From a virus (Duplodnaviria > Caudoviricetes): a stretch of DNA of 64,000 bases. Below the pieces are notes generated by a model. It had not been told where the DNA came from. It searched no databases and saw only the letters and a list, made by a program, of their open reading frames with translations. Location: positions 1-64,000 of the IMG/VR virus record IMGVR_UViG_3300032219_001854. One strand, 5' to 3'. Positions within the stretch are counted from its first letter, which is position 1. Each line of letters opens with the position of its first letter. A program made the translations under genes and the position numbers. Positions 39,801 through 49,732 of this stretch are shown here, one piece after another.

Positions 39801-42424
39801 AAAAGCCTCCATATTCTCTACCAGAGGATAGTTTACATATAGATAAGAATTACCTTGCGGAAGAGATAAATTTAAGTTATTTAAGTGATACAAACCCTGC
39901 ACTAAGAGATTACTTTTTAGATTATTTTTCTATAGAGGGAGACGATTTAAGTTCATATTATCCCGGGAGCTCTACAATAATGGATATTGATCTTACTGAA
40001 AGATATTCAATATTTGATTTTAATAGTGGAAGTAAATTCTGTGAAACACTTTATAGAGGAGCTAAAATAAGAATAAAGAGAACATTTACTGACTACGCTC
40101 AAGGAGAATCTATAAAGTACATAGAGGATGATAGATTCTATGATGATTATAAATTCTCTTGCGTTATAGTTCCCGTAAGAAACATAATTGACGAAATACA
40201 AGTTCCTGTTAAAGTAAAGGTTATAGAGAATAGGACTTTTAAAAATATAACATTTTTAATAGAGGTTTTAATAGATGATTCAAGAGTTTTAAATTTCGAG
40301 GATATAAGTCCAGAAAAACAATATTTAGATATTGATTATTTCCTATTATATTCATTAAGAGATAAACTAGATAGCTCATATTTCCCAACTACTTCAAGTA
40401 CTTGGCTTCCTTCTGGCTCTATAGAACTTCCTGTTGTTGGTGATATAAAATTATCATCCGCTCTTAATATATCATCTACTCCTAATACACAGGGTTTATA
40501 TTCAGCAGTAAATCCAGGAACAGTTGGAGCAGAGGGCGAGATTTATATAATACCTAATCCAAATTATGAGACAGATCTAAGGGACGAAATAAACTTCACA
40601 TACTTACCTAGCGTGATTCCTTCTGCTACTGGATCTACTGGTCCAGGATCTTTCTATGGAATTGCTGGACCATCTCCTTATAGCGGATATACTCTGCCCT
40701 TTCCTACTGGAGTAGGACAGGACGTTGTAAACTTCACTAACACTAGTCCAAATTATATCTTTAATTTTAGCGATATAGGAGTGCCCGGACCTGTAGATAT
40801 ACCTACAATAGCAAATTATAATTCTATATCTAATATACCGATATATCAAAGACAGGGAGGCATCTCGTACTGGGAAAATATATTAGAAAAAATATCATTT
40901 GCTAATATTTCTCTTTGGGTAAATACTGGATATCCTTATATAGATTATTTAACATATGAATGGGACGAAACAACCAATACTACAAAATTATTAGAAGATC
41001 AATTTGTACTTGAGTTTATAAGACCTTCGTTCTTTGAACAAGATTCTGTTATCGTAACAAAAGAAATAACAGATAAACCACAAGAACTTAGTGTATTTAA
41101 TGTGGGTTATGAAACAGAGGATATTATCGGAGAGAGTGAACTTTATAGATATGGAGGAGAATATGTACCTAGCTTTAGAGAAGTTTTAAAGTTTGAAAAT
41201 GTAAAATATGATGCTCCTGTGTGGGTAATACCAGAATCTAATACATTCTTTGTTAAAGTAGTTGAAAAAACTGATCAATCACTAAACTATGACATAGGAT
41301 CAACTTATTGTTTAGAAATAAATGGGATATCACAAGAAGAAATAAATTTAGTAAAAGGAATTACCTACTATTTTGATTTGAGTGATTCTAGTAATACTGG
41401 ATACCAGATTTATTTCTCAGAGAATAACATAGGTAATAATATATCTTCGGATTCTTTATCTCAGGGATATGCTTTATTCGGAACACCAGGAACTCCTGGA
41501 TCTTATATAGAATTAGTAGTTCCTTATGATTTTCCTGTAACTGTTTATTATGTAGCAGAAGGAGGGAAATATATGGGAGGAAATATAAAGGTAATAGATT
41601 CTATAGAATACTCCTATTGCTCTTTTGGTCCATATAAGGATAATTTTGGAGTTTCTAAAAATGTTAATTATTATAAATATTCACCTCAATGGATATTTAG
41701 AATAGGTCAGAATTCCCCATATGATCCAGTATACACTATAATAGGTGAAACTCCAGTAGATAAAAGGAATCTTTCAATATTTGAAAGCTCTTGGGATCCT
41801 GGTTTTTATAGAGAATATTCGGGACCTACTGGTTATACAAATCTTCCAGGAACTAGAGTAATGAAGGAGCAAAAATCTTTCTTTGGAAGTAAGTTTATGC
41901 AAACTCCTGATCTAATAAACTCACAGAAGCAATTAATATATCCTCAATCTTTAAAAGATGTTTTAGATTTAAACTATAACAACTATCCAAATTATGAAAT
42001 ACTATGGGAAAATAATCCTAGTGAATTGAAAGGTGTTATACTAATTGATAGGATATTAAATAGATATTTCTTAGACGATGGTGGTAAACAATCATTTAAT
42101 AAATTTATCGTACCAGAATTTGGATTTGGTAGCACATCCGATGTAGACGATGATTTTAAAGAATATATGACACAGAATATAATTCCTATATTCCAGTCTA
42201 AATTAAACAAAGGATATCTTAAAAAAGTTCCTATTACTGCTAACCAAACACTAACACCGGTGATAGGTGATTTAGCAGATTATCAGAAATTGATTAATGG
42301 TTATTTTAATTCAGATGAGATTAGATATACTAAGGTTAATGATTTAAGATATGAATTTAGAATACCTAAAGACCCTTCTTTTAACTATTCAGTTTGTTTT
42401 TCTTTAGATATAGGAAAAATTTAA
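36821..42424 (+). CDS. Large putative virion structural protein (GTG start)
   Basis: 1867 aa. Contains INLVKGITYYFDLSDSSN...GTPGSYIELVV...VYY...MGG, a module seen in phage virion proteins. Confidence 0.55.
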   Translation: MARKIIKQNSSFGVLRANPKISGNVKITVDSKSDIWLNSIDSNSEMANSYYKGFRISPETSYDKDLYKFLREGKTPSQFVFGLIGEGNPIQNQIKDLSDSYNFFYSSGVSPLISDKYSEDFSYLAPLWLGEDIPDHFVIFKLNDPIDYSYKVPVTSLNVGKTYKVLQDITVDPQDPSYLPFTVSSGSQTYVDGNVFTATAFNFTVVQGQGSVILLDPLYNIGNVEDTENHFYDKILPKSTVVASFDLTADSNIGKYLRKIKTTPGYTDSLIDVRFENDQLTTFNGVNYEVGIFDKRGDFLIDYYKNPETQIGFEDFITNGFSNNRVISYKLLNLEFLFNDNDSSNYTINRYFGLYVNAPDIAKFKLDGDALYKSQGESGNTPIPEKNNKGYYDQENTYFQYNDDGVRLYLDPSKISGIIPNSDDVNVLEQTKLFWVKDKNGNFHSLKRYEDYGTSSPDPLYSLYGLNGYENQLVIQNTSIDLSVFTGKDVKTKKQYPAVTTGEKGRGYSVIRIGKELNNYSENAFIFYNPLGYHGNPGAKYDIIKASDLSSSIDEWGPGSFYAQDGVYYYHPFGTNEKIAEALTGIFNSFNYNSFESFNSGDEVVIRTNATGLQENKKYYLDFFKDFTTLQRMPDSERGTVFINEKDTCDINQRQSFLGGSNYSRTRVKVKIEDANKIEVGETFIETIRNTSTDSFSNLPEYSNKGASIVVGKYRFIDQYAKDSKGEIVGLKDFETHATLEIANFTESVAFGTSGTISAFNTYDATLGIFSFYGLREIDMDFWYSQYGYTPTEEYYKHLDTQPDGTTKITQGKTYFVSAGASIEYNSNTISGPDFFEGVAGEDQYRLVTGSSIAESNVFPTLSSRGNVTVGVNPSNFDYSFYPDLDAFPGFYGIQAIEYIDNEIGIDTKYKQLNFGKLYSEYDYTQDNYNPAYATNSRVSPYITKWVYRGGTDIRGNGYRLNSNIAFSPLNFSPSFFRRAQDPQYFTHEWYHLQKPPYSLPEDSLHIDKNYLAEEINLSYLSDTNPALRDYFLDYFSIEGDDLSSYYPGSSTIMDIDLTERYSIFDFNSGSKFCETLYRGAKIRIKRTFTDYAQGESIKYIEDDRFYDDYKFSCVIVPVRNIIDEIQVPVKVKVIENRTFKNITFLIEVLIDDSRVLNFEDISPEKQYLDIDYFLLYSLRDKLDSSYFPTTSSTWLPSGSIELPVVGDIKLSSALNISSTPNTQGLYSAVNPGTVGAEGEIYIIPNPNYETDLRDEINFTYLPSVIPSATGSTGPGSFYGIAGPSPYSGYTLPFPTGVGQDVVNFTNTSPNYIFNFSDIGVPGPVDIPTIANYNSISNIPIYQRQGGISYWENILEKISFANISLWVNTGYPYIDYLTYEWDETTNTTKLLEDQFVLEFIRPSFFEQDSVIVTKEITDKPQELSVFNVGYETEDIIGESELYRYGGEYVPSFREVLKFENVKYDAPVWVIPESNTFFVKVVEKTDQSLNYDIGSTYCLEINGISQEEINLVKGITYYFDLSDSSNTGYQIYFSENNIGNNISSDSLSQGYALFGTPGTPGSYIELVVPYDFPVTVYYVAEGGKYMGGNIKVIDSIEYSYCSFGPYKDNFGVSKNVNYYKYSPQWIFRIGQNSPYDPVYTIIGETPVDKRNLSIFESSWDPGFYREYSGPTGYTNLPGTRVMKEQKSFFGSKFMQTPDLINSQKQLIYPQSLKDVLDLNYNNYPNYEILWENNPSELKGVILIDRILNRYFLDDGGKQSFNKFIVPEFGFGSTSDVDDDFKEYMTQNIIPIFQSKLNKGYLKKVPITANQTLTPVIGDLADYQKLINGYFNSDEIRYTKVNDLRYEFRIPKDPSFNYSVCFSLDIGKI

Positions 42425-42441
42425 TAGAGGGATGAATTTTT

Positions 42442-42449
42442 GATATATA
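42442..42449 (+). promoter_or_regulatory. GATATATA candidate late promoter (collagen fibre)
   Basis: Intergenic, upstream of ATG 42468. Confidence 0.6.
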
Positions 42450-42467
42450 ATACAACTATAATAAGCG

Positions 42468-45149
42468 ATGCCACAGATTAATATATTAAACATTTTACAG
42501 GGAGACAACCAATCCACTATAGTTGACAAATTAAATTATAATTTTGATCAGATACTTAGTGCTGGTGGTGGACCTCAAGGATCCCAAGGATTAATAGGAC
42601 CAACTGGACCTATCGGACCCCAAGGACCTCAAGGAGTTCAAGGAGCTCAAGGACCTTCTGGAACTAAATGGTTCGTACAAGATGCACAACCAGCTTCAGG
42701 AGGAATTACTGGTTCAAATCCATGGACATATCCAACACTTGGAGACTATTGGTTAGATCCAGACTCGGCAAATCAGGATGTTTATGTATTTACTGCTACT
42801 GGATGGGTTAATACTGGATACGGATTAAATGCTGGTGACTTATTCCAGAAAATAACTCCTATAGATATAATAGGAGGAGCAACTGCGCAAGCTATTTTAA
42901 TTGCTGGTGCTACTGCTGATGACAAGAGCTTAGTATTATCTGATTCCACCGTTTCGGGTTACACCCCAGGCGGTACAGCTATAGATAATTTAAATTTTGA
43001 AAATTCTAAATTAAAAATAGCAACTAAAGATGATAGAACAAAATTAATAAGTTTTGGTAGATCTACTTACGATGTAACTCCAGGAGGATCTGGATCTTCT
43101 AGTAGCTTATATAATCCATACTTTGGATGGGATCTTTCTTTTAATCCTTCAGGAGCTTCAGGAGCTGGTCCAGGATTTTATGGTATCAATCTTACCAATC
43201 CTAAGGGATCTATAGGTATAGTATCTAATGGAGCAACTGCAGAATCCGGTATAAATATTTTAAGTACCAGTGAAATAAGTGCAGCATCCACCAACGATAA
43301 TATATTACTTAAGACCTCTTCCATTAATAAAGGTACTTTTGTAGATGGTAGTAGCAACGGAGGATTCTTTGAATTTTCTAATCAGTCTTCGGGAACTCCT
43401 TCAAATTTATCAAATGCACCGATCTTTGCAAATTCTACCGGTTTAGGAGTAGGTTTGGGTACTGGCCAGTTTAAACAATCTGGCGATGATTCAAGAAGAT
43501 TGGCTGTTAATGGAAACTTAAGCCTCGGAAAAACATCTACAACACACACAGGGAATCTTTTTGTCGGCGATCCATCTGCGCCTAATAATAATAAAGGTGT
43601 ATTATTTGTAGAAGGACATTCAATGTTTGGATATAATAATCCAACCGGAGATAATTCAGGAGGTATCCAAACAACAGGACCTTCTGAAGCTTCTGGGAGA
43701 TACCCGCAATTATTTGTAACATCTCCTAACTTCGGTCCTGGTATACAAGTAAAAACTAAAGGTGTTAATTATTCTCCTAGAACAATAATAGGCGACGGCA
43801 TTTTTGATGGATCTGGAACAGGTCCTAGTATAACACAAGAATTTTTTGCAGGGACTGGATATATTTTTACTAATAATCCATTAATAAGTTATAATCACAA
43901 CATATCAAATGCTGTGACTAACTCTGGAGCTTCCGGACCAGTTTTCTCTATTACTACATTTTCAAATGCAGGTACTTATAGCTATTTAAGTGCTGCTACT
44001 AGAACTATTATAGAGACTAAGAATTCTAATAGGAGGCTTGATGTATTTGCTAATGGTACTGGGGGATCTAATAAAATAAACATAGGGGTATTAAATGAGT
44101 CATTATTAAGTTTATGGGGTCCTTCAGGATCTGCTACTGGGGGCGTTACTATAGGAGCTTCTGCGTCTATTCTTTCTCCGTTATTAGGATCTTTAACAGG
44201 ATCAACATTTACTAGTGGTGGAGCTATTAGATCTAATCATAGCTTATTAGTAACAGGAGTCCAAACTATAGGTACTAATAATCCTCAATCAGCGTTTAAT
44301 CCAACAGGGATTAATCAAAATGGACCTATAGGGGGCAATTCAAATCTCAAGATTTCTAGAAATCTCTATTCTACTACCTCAGGCGGTAAGGGATTTTCTT
44401 TAAATGCAGCTGGTTTTACTGTGAATAATTATCCTAACGGGATAGAAATAACATCATTTATTCCTAATGTAGCTTCCACTGGGGCAAATGCTAATGACTC
44501 CGTTGCTATAGCAGTCGGAGCTTCCCGGACTATAGAAAATTCATCCGGAAATCCTGTTCCTTTTCCTGCTACGGGATTCTTTGTGAGCAATTCAGGACAG
44601 AATATAGCTATCGGACAGCCTATAGATTATTCTGCAGCTATTGGAGTATCTGGTGCGGGATCTGATTCAGCTATAAGTGCAAAAGGAGCTATTAATGGTA
44701 TAGGAGATCTTAATATAAGTGGTACTGGTACTTTTGGGGGAAATGTTAACGCATCAGGGGGAAATATAACAAACTCCTTAAATATAGGGAATAGTCTTTT
44801 CCAAGGAGGATCGCTAAGATTAAACGAAAGAACTACAATAAATAATATTATTTCAGGTAAAGTCGTAGCCCAAATAAATGGGTCAGGTGCTTCTATAGTT
44901 TATGGAAGTGGTTTTACTGCAACTACTCCTGCCAGTGGTCTAAATACTGCAAGACTCAGAATAACTTATAATTCGCCTTTTTCTACGAGTAATGTAGTAG
45001 CAATACCTACGTACACGAGTGCAACCCCAGGAAATCCTGGTATAGATGTTGTACACTATTCTTCTACTACAACATATACGGATTTTATAATACTAGGTCT
45101 TGCATCTGGTACATTAACGGTTAGTTTCATAATACAAGAAGTATCATAA
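42468..45149 (+). CDS. Tail fibre protein with collagen-like repeat
   Basis: GPQGSQGLIGPTGPIGPQGPQGVQGAQGPSG; N-terminal DKLNYNFDQI anchor; G/S/T/N-rich shaft. Confidence 0.8.
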   Translation: MPQINILNILQGDNQSTIVDKLNYNFDQILSAGGGPQGSQGLIGPTGPIGPQGPQGVQGAQGPSGTKWFVQDAQPASGGITGSNPWTYPTLGDYWLDPDSANQDVYVFTATGWVNTGYGLNAGDLFQKITPIDIIGGATAQAILIAGATADDKSLVLSDSTVSGYTPGGTAIDNLNFENSKLKIATKDDRTKLISFGRSTYDVTPGGSGSSSSLYNPYFGWDLSFNPSGASGAGPGFYGINLTNPKGSIGIVSNGATAESGINILSTSEISAASTNDNILLKTSSINKGTFVDGSSNGGFFEFSNQSSGTPSNLSNAPIFANSTGLGVGLGTGQFKQSGDDSRRLAVNGNLSLGKTSTTHTGNLFVGDPSAPNNNKGVLFVEGHSMFGYNNPTGDNSGGIQTTGPSEASGRYPQLFVTSPNFGPGIQVKTKGVNYSPRTIIGDGIFDGSGTGPSITQEFFAGTGYIFTNNPLISYNHNISNAVTNSGASGPVFSITTFSNAGTYSYLSAATRTIIETKNSNRRLDVFANGTGGSNKINIGVLNESLLSLWGPSGSATGGVTIGASASILSPLLGSLTGSTFTSGGAIRSNHSLLVTGVQTIGTNNPQSAFNPTGINQNGPIGGNSNLKISRNLYSTTSGGKGFSLNAAGFTVNNYPNGIEITSFIPNVASTGANANDSVAIAVGASRTIENSSGNPVPFPATGFFVSNSGQNIAIGQPIDYSAAIGVSGAGSDSAISAKGAINGIGDLNISGTGTFGGNVNASGGNITNSLNIGNSLFQGGSLRLNERTTINNIISGKVVAQINGSGASIVYGSGFTATTPASGLNTARLRITYNSPFSTSNVVAIPTYTSATPGNPGIDVVHYSSTTTYTDFIILGLASGTLTVSFIIQEVS

Positions 45150-45150
45150 G

Positions 45151-45354
45151 ATGAAGGATTGGTTTATACAAAAATATTCTGATATACATTCTGATTTAAA
45201 TAAATTAGAAAAAGAAATAGAGGAGCATTTAAAAAATAAAAAAGATCTTATCACAGAAGATAAAAAGCTGGAAGATCTAAAAAGAAGAACTATAGAAACT
45301 ATAGATCTTTTAAATAAAACAAGAGAAGATGAAAGAAGAATCTTTAATTACTAG
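45151..45354 (+). CDS. Small coiled-coil hypothetical protein
   Basis: 67 aa, starts 1 nt after the fibre stop. Confidence 0.55.
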   Translation: MKDWFIQKYSDIHSDLNKLEKEIEEHLKNKKDLITEDKKLEDLKRRTIETIDLLNKTREDERRIFNY

Positions 45355-46126
45355 AATTTCAAAAAGAAAGGATATTTTACTCATAGCAGTGATAGCTATT
45401 CTTTGTTTATTGCTGTTTAGACAGTGCGACGGCAACTTAGATCTTAAATCTCAGATTAAGATACAGAATATGAATTTAGATGCGTTAAAAGACACAGTAC
45501 GCGTCCAAAAGAATAAAGCTGGTGAGGCAACGTACGTCAGAAAAACACTTTTAGCTGATAAGAAAAGCTTGGAGAAATTGAATAAGGATTTAAAAGATGA
45601 GCTTGATAAACAAGAAGGAAAAGTTATAGTAATCGAAAGAGTTGTAACTGAAACCAAAGTGGATACACAGTATGTTAATAATTATTTAAGTTCTTATGGT
45701 AATAATAAATTTAGTTTAGATTGGAAATACGATTCAACATTCTCGGTTAACAACTATAGGAAGTTTTCAGGTAAGAGCTTCTTTATAGTGGACACTTTAA
45801 ATAATAAAGTTTTACCTGGTATTACTAGAATAGATAATGACGAAATGGGATTTTCATTTGTTACTGGACTTAGAGAGAAAGACAAAGCTCTAGAAATTTT
45901 TGTAACACCAAAATATCCAGGGATGACCGTTACTCAAATAGAAGGAGCTGTTATAGATCCTGCTAAGTCTGATGTTCTTAAGAAAATGTTTCCTAATAAG
46001 AAATTTTCAGTTGGTCCTTACGTAGGTGTAGGTATAGGAGCTGGTGTAGGTCTAAATGGAACTCCTATATTTGGTCCAGTTTTCAACATAGGCGTGGGTC
46101 TTCAATATTCTATCATTAAATTCTAA
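45329..46126 (+). CDS. Membrane-anchored coiled-coil protein, possibly spanin-like
   Basis: N-terminal TM ILLIAVIAILCLLLF, coiled coil, C-terminal Gly-rich beta-hairpin ending in F. Confidence 0.5.
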   Translation: MKEESLITRISKRKDILLIAVIAILCLLLFRQCDGNLDLKSQIKIQNMNLDALKDTVRVQKNKAGEATYVRKTLLADKKSLEKLNKDLKDELDKQEGKVIVIERVVTETKVDTQYVNNYLSSYGNNKFSLDWKYDSTFSVNNYRKFSGKSFFIVDTLNNKVLPGITRIDNDEMGFSFVTGLREKDKALEIFVTPKYPGMTVTQIEGAVIDPAKSDVLKKMFPNKKFSVGPYVGVGIGAGVGLNGTPIFGPVFNIGVGLQYSIIKF

Positions 46127-46128
46127 GG

Positions 46129-46136
46129 GATATATA
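46129..46136 (+). promoter_or_regulatory. GATATATA candidate late promoter
   Basis: Intergenic, 4 nt before ATG 46141. Confidence 0.6.
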
Positions 46137-46140
46137 AATC

Positions 46141-48471
46141 ATGGCTTATACATCTACAGAGAGATTCATAAAATTCGGTAGTTACCTACTAATGGAGTAT
46201 GACTATACTACTGCTCCAACCCCCGAGCTTTATTACGTAAATACTGGTAATCCTGCAATAGGATTTGAGAAAATAGTTAATGGATACTTTAATAATTCTG
46301 TACAGATATTAAATAATCCATCAGCTGAATCTATAACAGGAAACGTAAGAGACCTTAGCGTTGTACAGATAGACAAGAATAGATTCGTAACATTAGATAA
46401 AGATTATCTTGTTCCTTATTTAGATACAGATCCAAAATTAACTTCTGTAAATAATCTTCCTGTAGTTTTCCCTTCCAATATTGGCGTTTATTATGATACT
46501 ATAAAATTCCATATAGTAGCAGGATACAACTTCGAGAATATAGATGGTATAATATTAAAAGGTGAATTCCAAGAAAGAACCGGAAAAAAAGCAACTATCT
46601 TCCAGAGATTAATAACAAAATCTGATACATCCTCAGTAATTCTTAATCCTAATCCTATTTATTTAGGTGGTGCTCTCTACGATCATTATATAGAGGTTAA
46701 GATTCCTGCTTATGCTAATATGGTTTATGAATTTGATATATTAGCAAATACACCAGCACAGGCTAGTACTTTAGCAGCTAAAATATCTTCAGACGGAAAT
46801 GGATTTTTAAAGGATGCACCTGTAAATATAAGCTTATATGAAATATCTCAAAGTCTACTTAAAAATGGATACGAGAATTACATAGCACAATCTAGAAATT
46901 CTTTATCTGTGATACCTAAAGATAATTTTTCATCTTTAGCTGCAGTAATACAACAGAATCAGTTTTATAATTACTTAGAATTTTACCCAACTTGGGATGG
47001 TAATTTTCTAGAAGATTTCCTAAATGCCGAAGGTAAGGTTGGAAATGTTTATTATGTAATAAATGAAATAGAAGTAAAAGAACAAGTTGGATTATCCTAT
47101 ATTACAACTTACAATTTTACTAGTGCACAAACACAGGATTTTAATGCACCTAGTATATTTAGACCTGTTCTTATAAATCCTTTAACTACTTCTTTCTTGG
47201 TTAATTACACAATGAGATTGGTTAATAAAGGAAATCAGAATCAAATAATTAGAAGATCATCATTCAGCTCTTTTGATGTAAATAAATACGGAAGAGAGAA
47301 TAATGTTATATCTCTTACTACTGGTGCTTATGCTCAGAAGGTTTATAATAAGATAATACAAGCACCAAACGTTATATCTGGGGGAGTTATTCCTAACCCA
47401 GCAACTCCTATAGAGAAAAGAATTCCTGTTTTTTATAAGGATAACAATATATCAATAACAAAGGAAACATTAGTTGTTGATAAAAATGGAGACCTAATAT
47501 CAGAGACATCTATACCAGGAGCTACTGAAATATTTGGACAAGGGAAGGGAAAAATCGTAGTAGATCCTTTTGACAACTTCTATAAGTTTACAGTCTATAA
47601 TTATAAAGACGGGACTTCGCCTGAAATATTAGATCTTGGAACCTCACTTAGCTATTTTATAGTTTTTCTAGACAGCAGCGGGCAAAGTGTAAGAGTAGAG
47701 AATATAAAAAATAAGACAACTGTATCTAATCCTTCTTCTGGACAAATAGCATTTAAAGTTGTAGATACTAACTCTAAGAAGGTATTAGGTTTTGTTTCTA
47801 GAGATTTTTATATTATAACAAAAACACAAGATGGAACTGAAACTAAATTATATTCGGGGTCTTGGGAAACACAAGCTGAATTCGTAACAAGAACAACAGT
47901 AACTGCAACTACAACTTCTACTGCAGGAGTTACTGGATCTTCTGTTGTTAGTACCACTACTGAAGTAGCAGTTACGGGAGGAAGTGGAGCAACAGGAGCT
48001 AGTACGGATAAAGGAAAACAAATATCATCTAGAGTTCCATTAACTAAACTTATTAAAAGTATTAAGCCTTATACATTAGGAAGCAGTTCTATATTAAGTG
48101 TTAAACCTGCATCGTTACTTAACACCACAGGTGGATTCGTAGACACGGGAAAAGGAACAACATCTACTCCTTTAAAAAGTAGTAGTCAAGTTAACAATAT
48201 AAATATCGATGCTTTAGCAGATTCTATATCAGGAAGAGAATCACAAGGATTGAATGTACAGAAGGTTGTTAACTATTACTTCACCCCAGGAGCTCCTGGG
48301 TCTAGTTTATTTAAAGGACTTAAAGCAAGTCAGTTCTTATCTGCAGCTCTTCAGGTACATCCTAAATTACAAAACGGACAATTCGATACAAAATATATAC
48401 AATATTGTAATGCTTTAGGATTCCCTGTTACTGATGATCCTAATTCTGCCAAAAATAATCCTAATAAATGA
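46141..48471 (+). CDS. Putative structural protein
   Basis: 776 aa with a T/S/G-rich C-terminal linker; preceded by GATATATA. Confidence 0.5.
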   Translation: MAYTSTERFIKFGSYLLMEYDYTTAPTPELYYVNTGNPAIGFEKIVNGYFNNSVQILNNPSAESITGNVRDLSVVQIDKNRFVTLDKDYLVPYLDTDPKLTSVNNLPVVFPSNIGVYYDTIKFHIVAGYNFENIDGIILKGEFQERTGKKATIFQRLITKSDTSSVILNPNPIYLGGALYDHYIEVKIPAYANMVYEFDILANTPAQASTLAAKISSDGNGFLKDAPVNISLYEISQSLLKNGYENYIAQSRNSLSVIPKDNFSSLAAVIQQNQFYNYLEFYPTWDGNFLEDFLNAEGKVGNVYYVINEIEVKEQVGLSYITTYNFTSAQTQDFNAPSIFRPVLINPLTTSFLVNYTMRLVNKGNQNQIIRRSSFSSFDVNKYGRENNVISLTTGAYAQKVYNKIIQAPNVISGGVIPNPATPIEKRIPVFYKDNNISITKETLVVDKNGDLISETSIPGATEIFGQGKGKIVVDPFDNFYKFTVYNYKDGTSPEILDLGTSLSYFIVFLDSSGQSVRVENIKNKTTVSNPSSGQIAFKVVDTNSKKVLGFVSRDFYIITKTQDGTETKLYSGSWETQAEFVTRTTVTATTTSTAGVTGSSVVSTTTEVAVTGGSGATGASTDKGKQISSRVPLTKLIKSIKPYTLGSSSILSVKPASLLNTTGGFVDTGKGTTSTPLKSSSQVNNINIDALADSISGRESQGLNVQKVVNYYFTPGAPGSSLFKGLKASQFLSAALQVHPKLQNGQFDTKYIQYCNALGFPVTDDPNSAKNNPNK

Positions 48472-49019
48472 TTTTAAACGCCAGGCAGAACGGCTTTATA
48501 TTTAACTTTCCGAAAGGATTTATTATACCAGAGGTCGTTCAGAAATATGAAAAATATATCAATAGGATGCCCACTCCTTATGATACTGTAGATACTTTTA
48601 TAAACTCTACTATACAGCAGGTAAATTTTCCTACTCTAAGAACTATAGATAGTGTTGAGCAAATAAGACCCGGTGGTTTTAAACAGTCTTATAAAAGTGC
48701 TACAACATTACAAAATTTAATACAAAGGGATTTTACAGTAACATTTAAACTTGGTGAGGGATTTATAAACTATTGGGTACTTTACGAAAATATAATAAAA
48801 TTCTTAGATTTCCAGAATCCTAACGAGTACCTTCCTGACTTTAGATTACTAATGCTAGATAATGATGGTGTAGTTATGACTAGTGTTCTTTTACAACAGC
48901 CGATATATACATCACTGTCGGAGATACAATTAAACTATGCTAGTACTACTCCGCAATTTTCAACATTCAGCATAGGATTTAAATGTAATTATGTTAATGT
49001 CAAACTCGAAATTGGATAG
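48468..49019 (+). CDS. Tail tube-fold protein (gp19/gp3 tail completion-like)
   Basis: TIQQVNFP..., FTVTFKLGEGFINYW, LTSLSEIQLNY-like strand and FSIGF pattern typical of tube/terminator folds. Confidence 0.55.
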   Translation: MILNARQNGFIFNFPKGFIIPEVVQKYEKYINRMPTPYDTVDTFINSTIQQVNFPTLRTIDSVEQIRPGGFKQSYKSATTLQNLIQRDFTVTFKLGEGFINYWVLYENIIKFLDFQNPNEYLPDFRLLMLDNDGVVMTSVLLQQPIYTSLSEIQLNYASTTPQFSTFSIGFKCNYVNVKLEIG

Positions 49020-49692
49020 GATAATCGGAATAGATTTTTCGTTGAACTCTCCTGGATTTTGTATTTTAGAATCTGATAGCTGTAAATGGATTAGTCTACA
49101 TCGCACAAAAAACATAATAGATAGGATGTTAAAAAAGGATGGATCTCCTTTTAAAATACTAAATGACAATTCCAACGTAGATATAAATATTATAGAGAAG
49201 AATGAGTTCAAAGGTGAATATCACATAATAGAAAGAGATAAAATCATTAACGCCGTTTATTTTTCTGAATTGGCGATAAATTTATTAAATCCTTATTTAG
49301 ACGAGAACACTATAGTGGGAATGGAGGGATTATCTTTTGGCTCATCTGGTAATTCATTAATAGATATTTCAATGACTACAGCATTAGTTAGATCTGGCAT
49401 AATTAAAAAGATAGATCCTAATAATTTTTTTGTATTATCTCCTACTACTATTAAAAAATATGCGTTGAAGGGAAATTCAAAAAAAGATGAACTGTATAAC
49501 ACTTTAATAGAGAAAAGAATAGACGATAATAGGCTTAAACCATTTTTGGAAGTTTTGGAAGAATATAAGAATTCATGGATTAAAGGACCTAACAAAGTTG
49601 AAGGACCCTGTTCAGACTTAGTTGATGCAACATGGATATCTTTATTTGTTGAGGAGAATATAGAGAAACTTTTATTGGGAAAGAGAGTATAA
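48991..49692 (+). CDS. RuvC-like Holliday junction resolvase (start may be 48997)
   Basis: IIGIDFSLNSPG, GMEGLSFGS, PTTIKKYA, DLVDA give the RuvC acidic tetrad. Confidence 0.85.
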   Translation: MLMSNSKLDRIIGIDFSLNSPGFCILESDSCKWISLHRTKNIIDRMLKKDGSPFKILNDNSNVDINIIEKNEFKGEYHIIERDKIINAVYFSELAINLLNPYLDENTIVGMEGLSFGSSGNSLIDISMTTALVRSGIIKKIDPNNFFVLSPTTIKKYALKGNSKKDELYNTLIEKRIDDNRLKPFLEVLEEYKNSWIKGPNKVEGPCSDLVDATWISLFVEENIEKLLLGKRV

Positions 49693-49732
49693 GTATTAAA
49701 TAATAAGTAATAATTTAAATAATTTAAGAATC

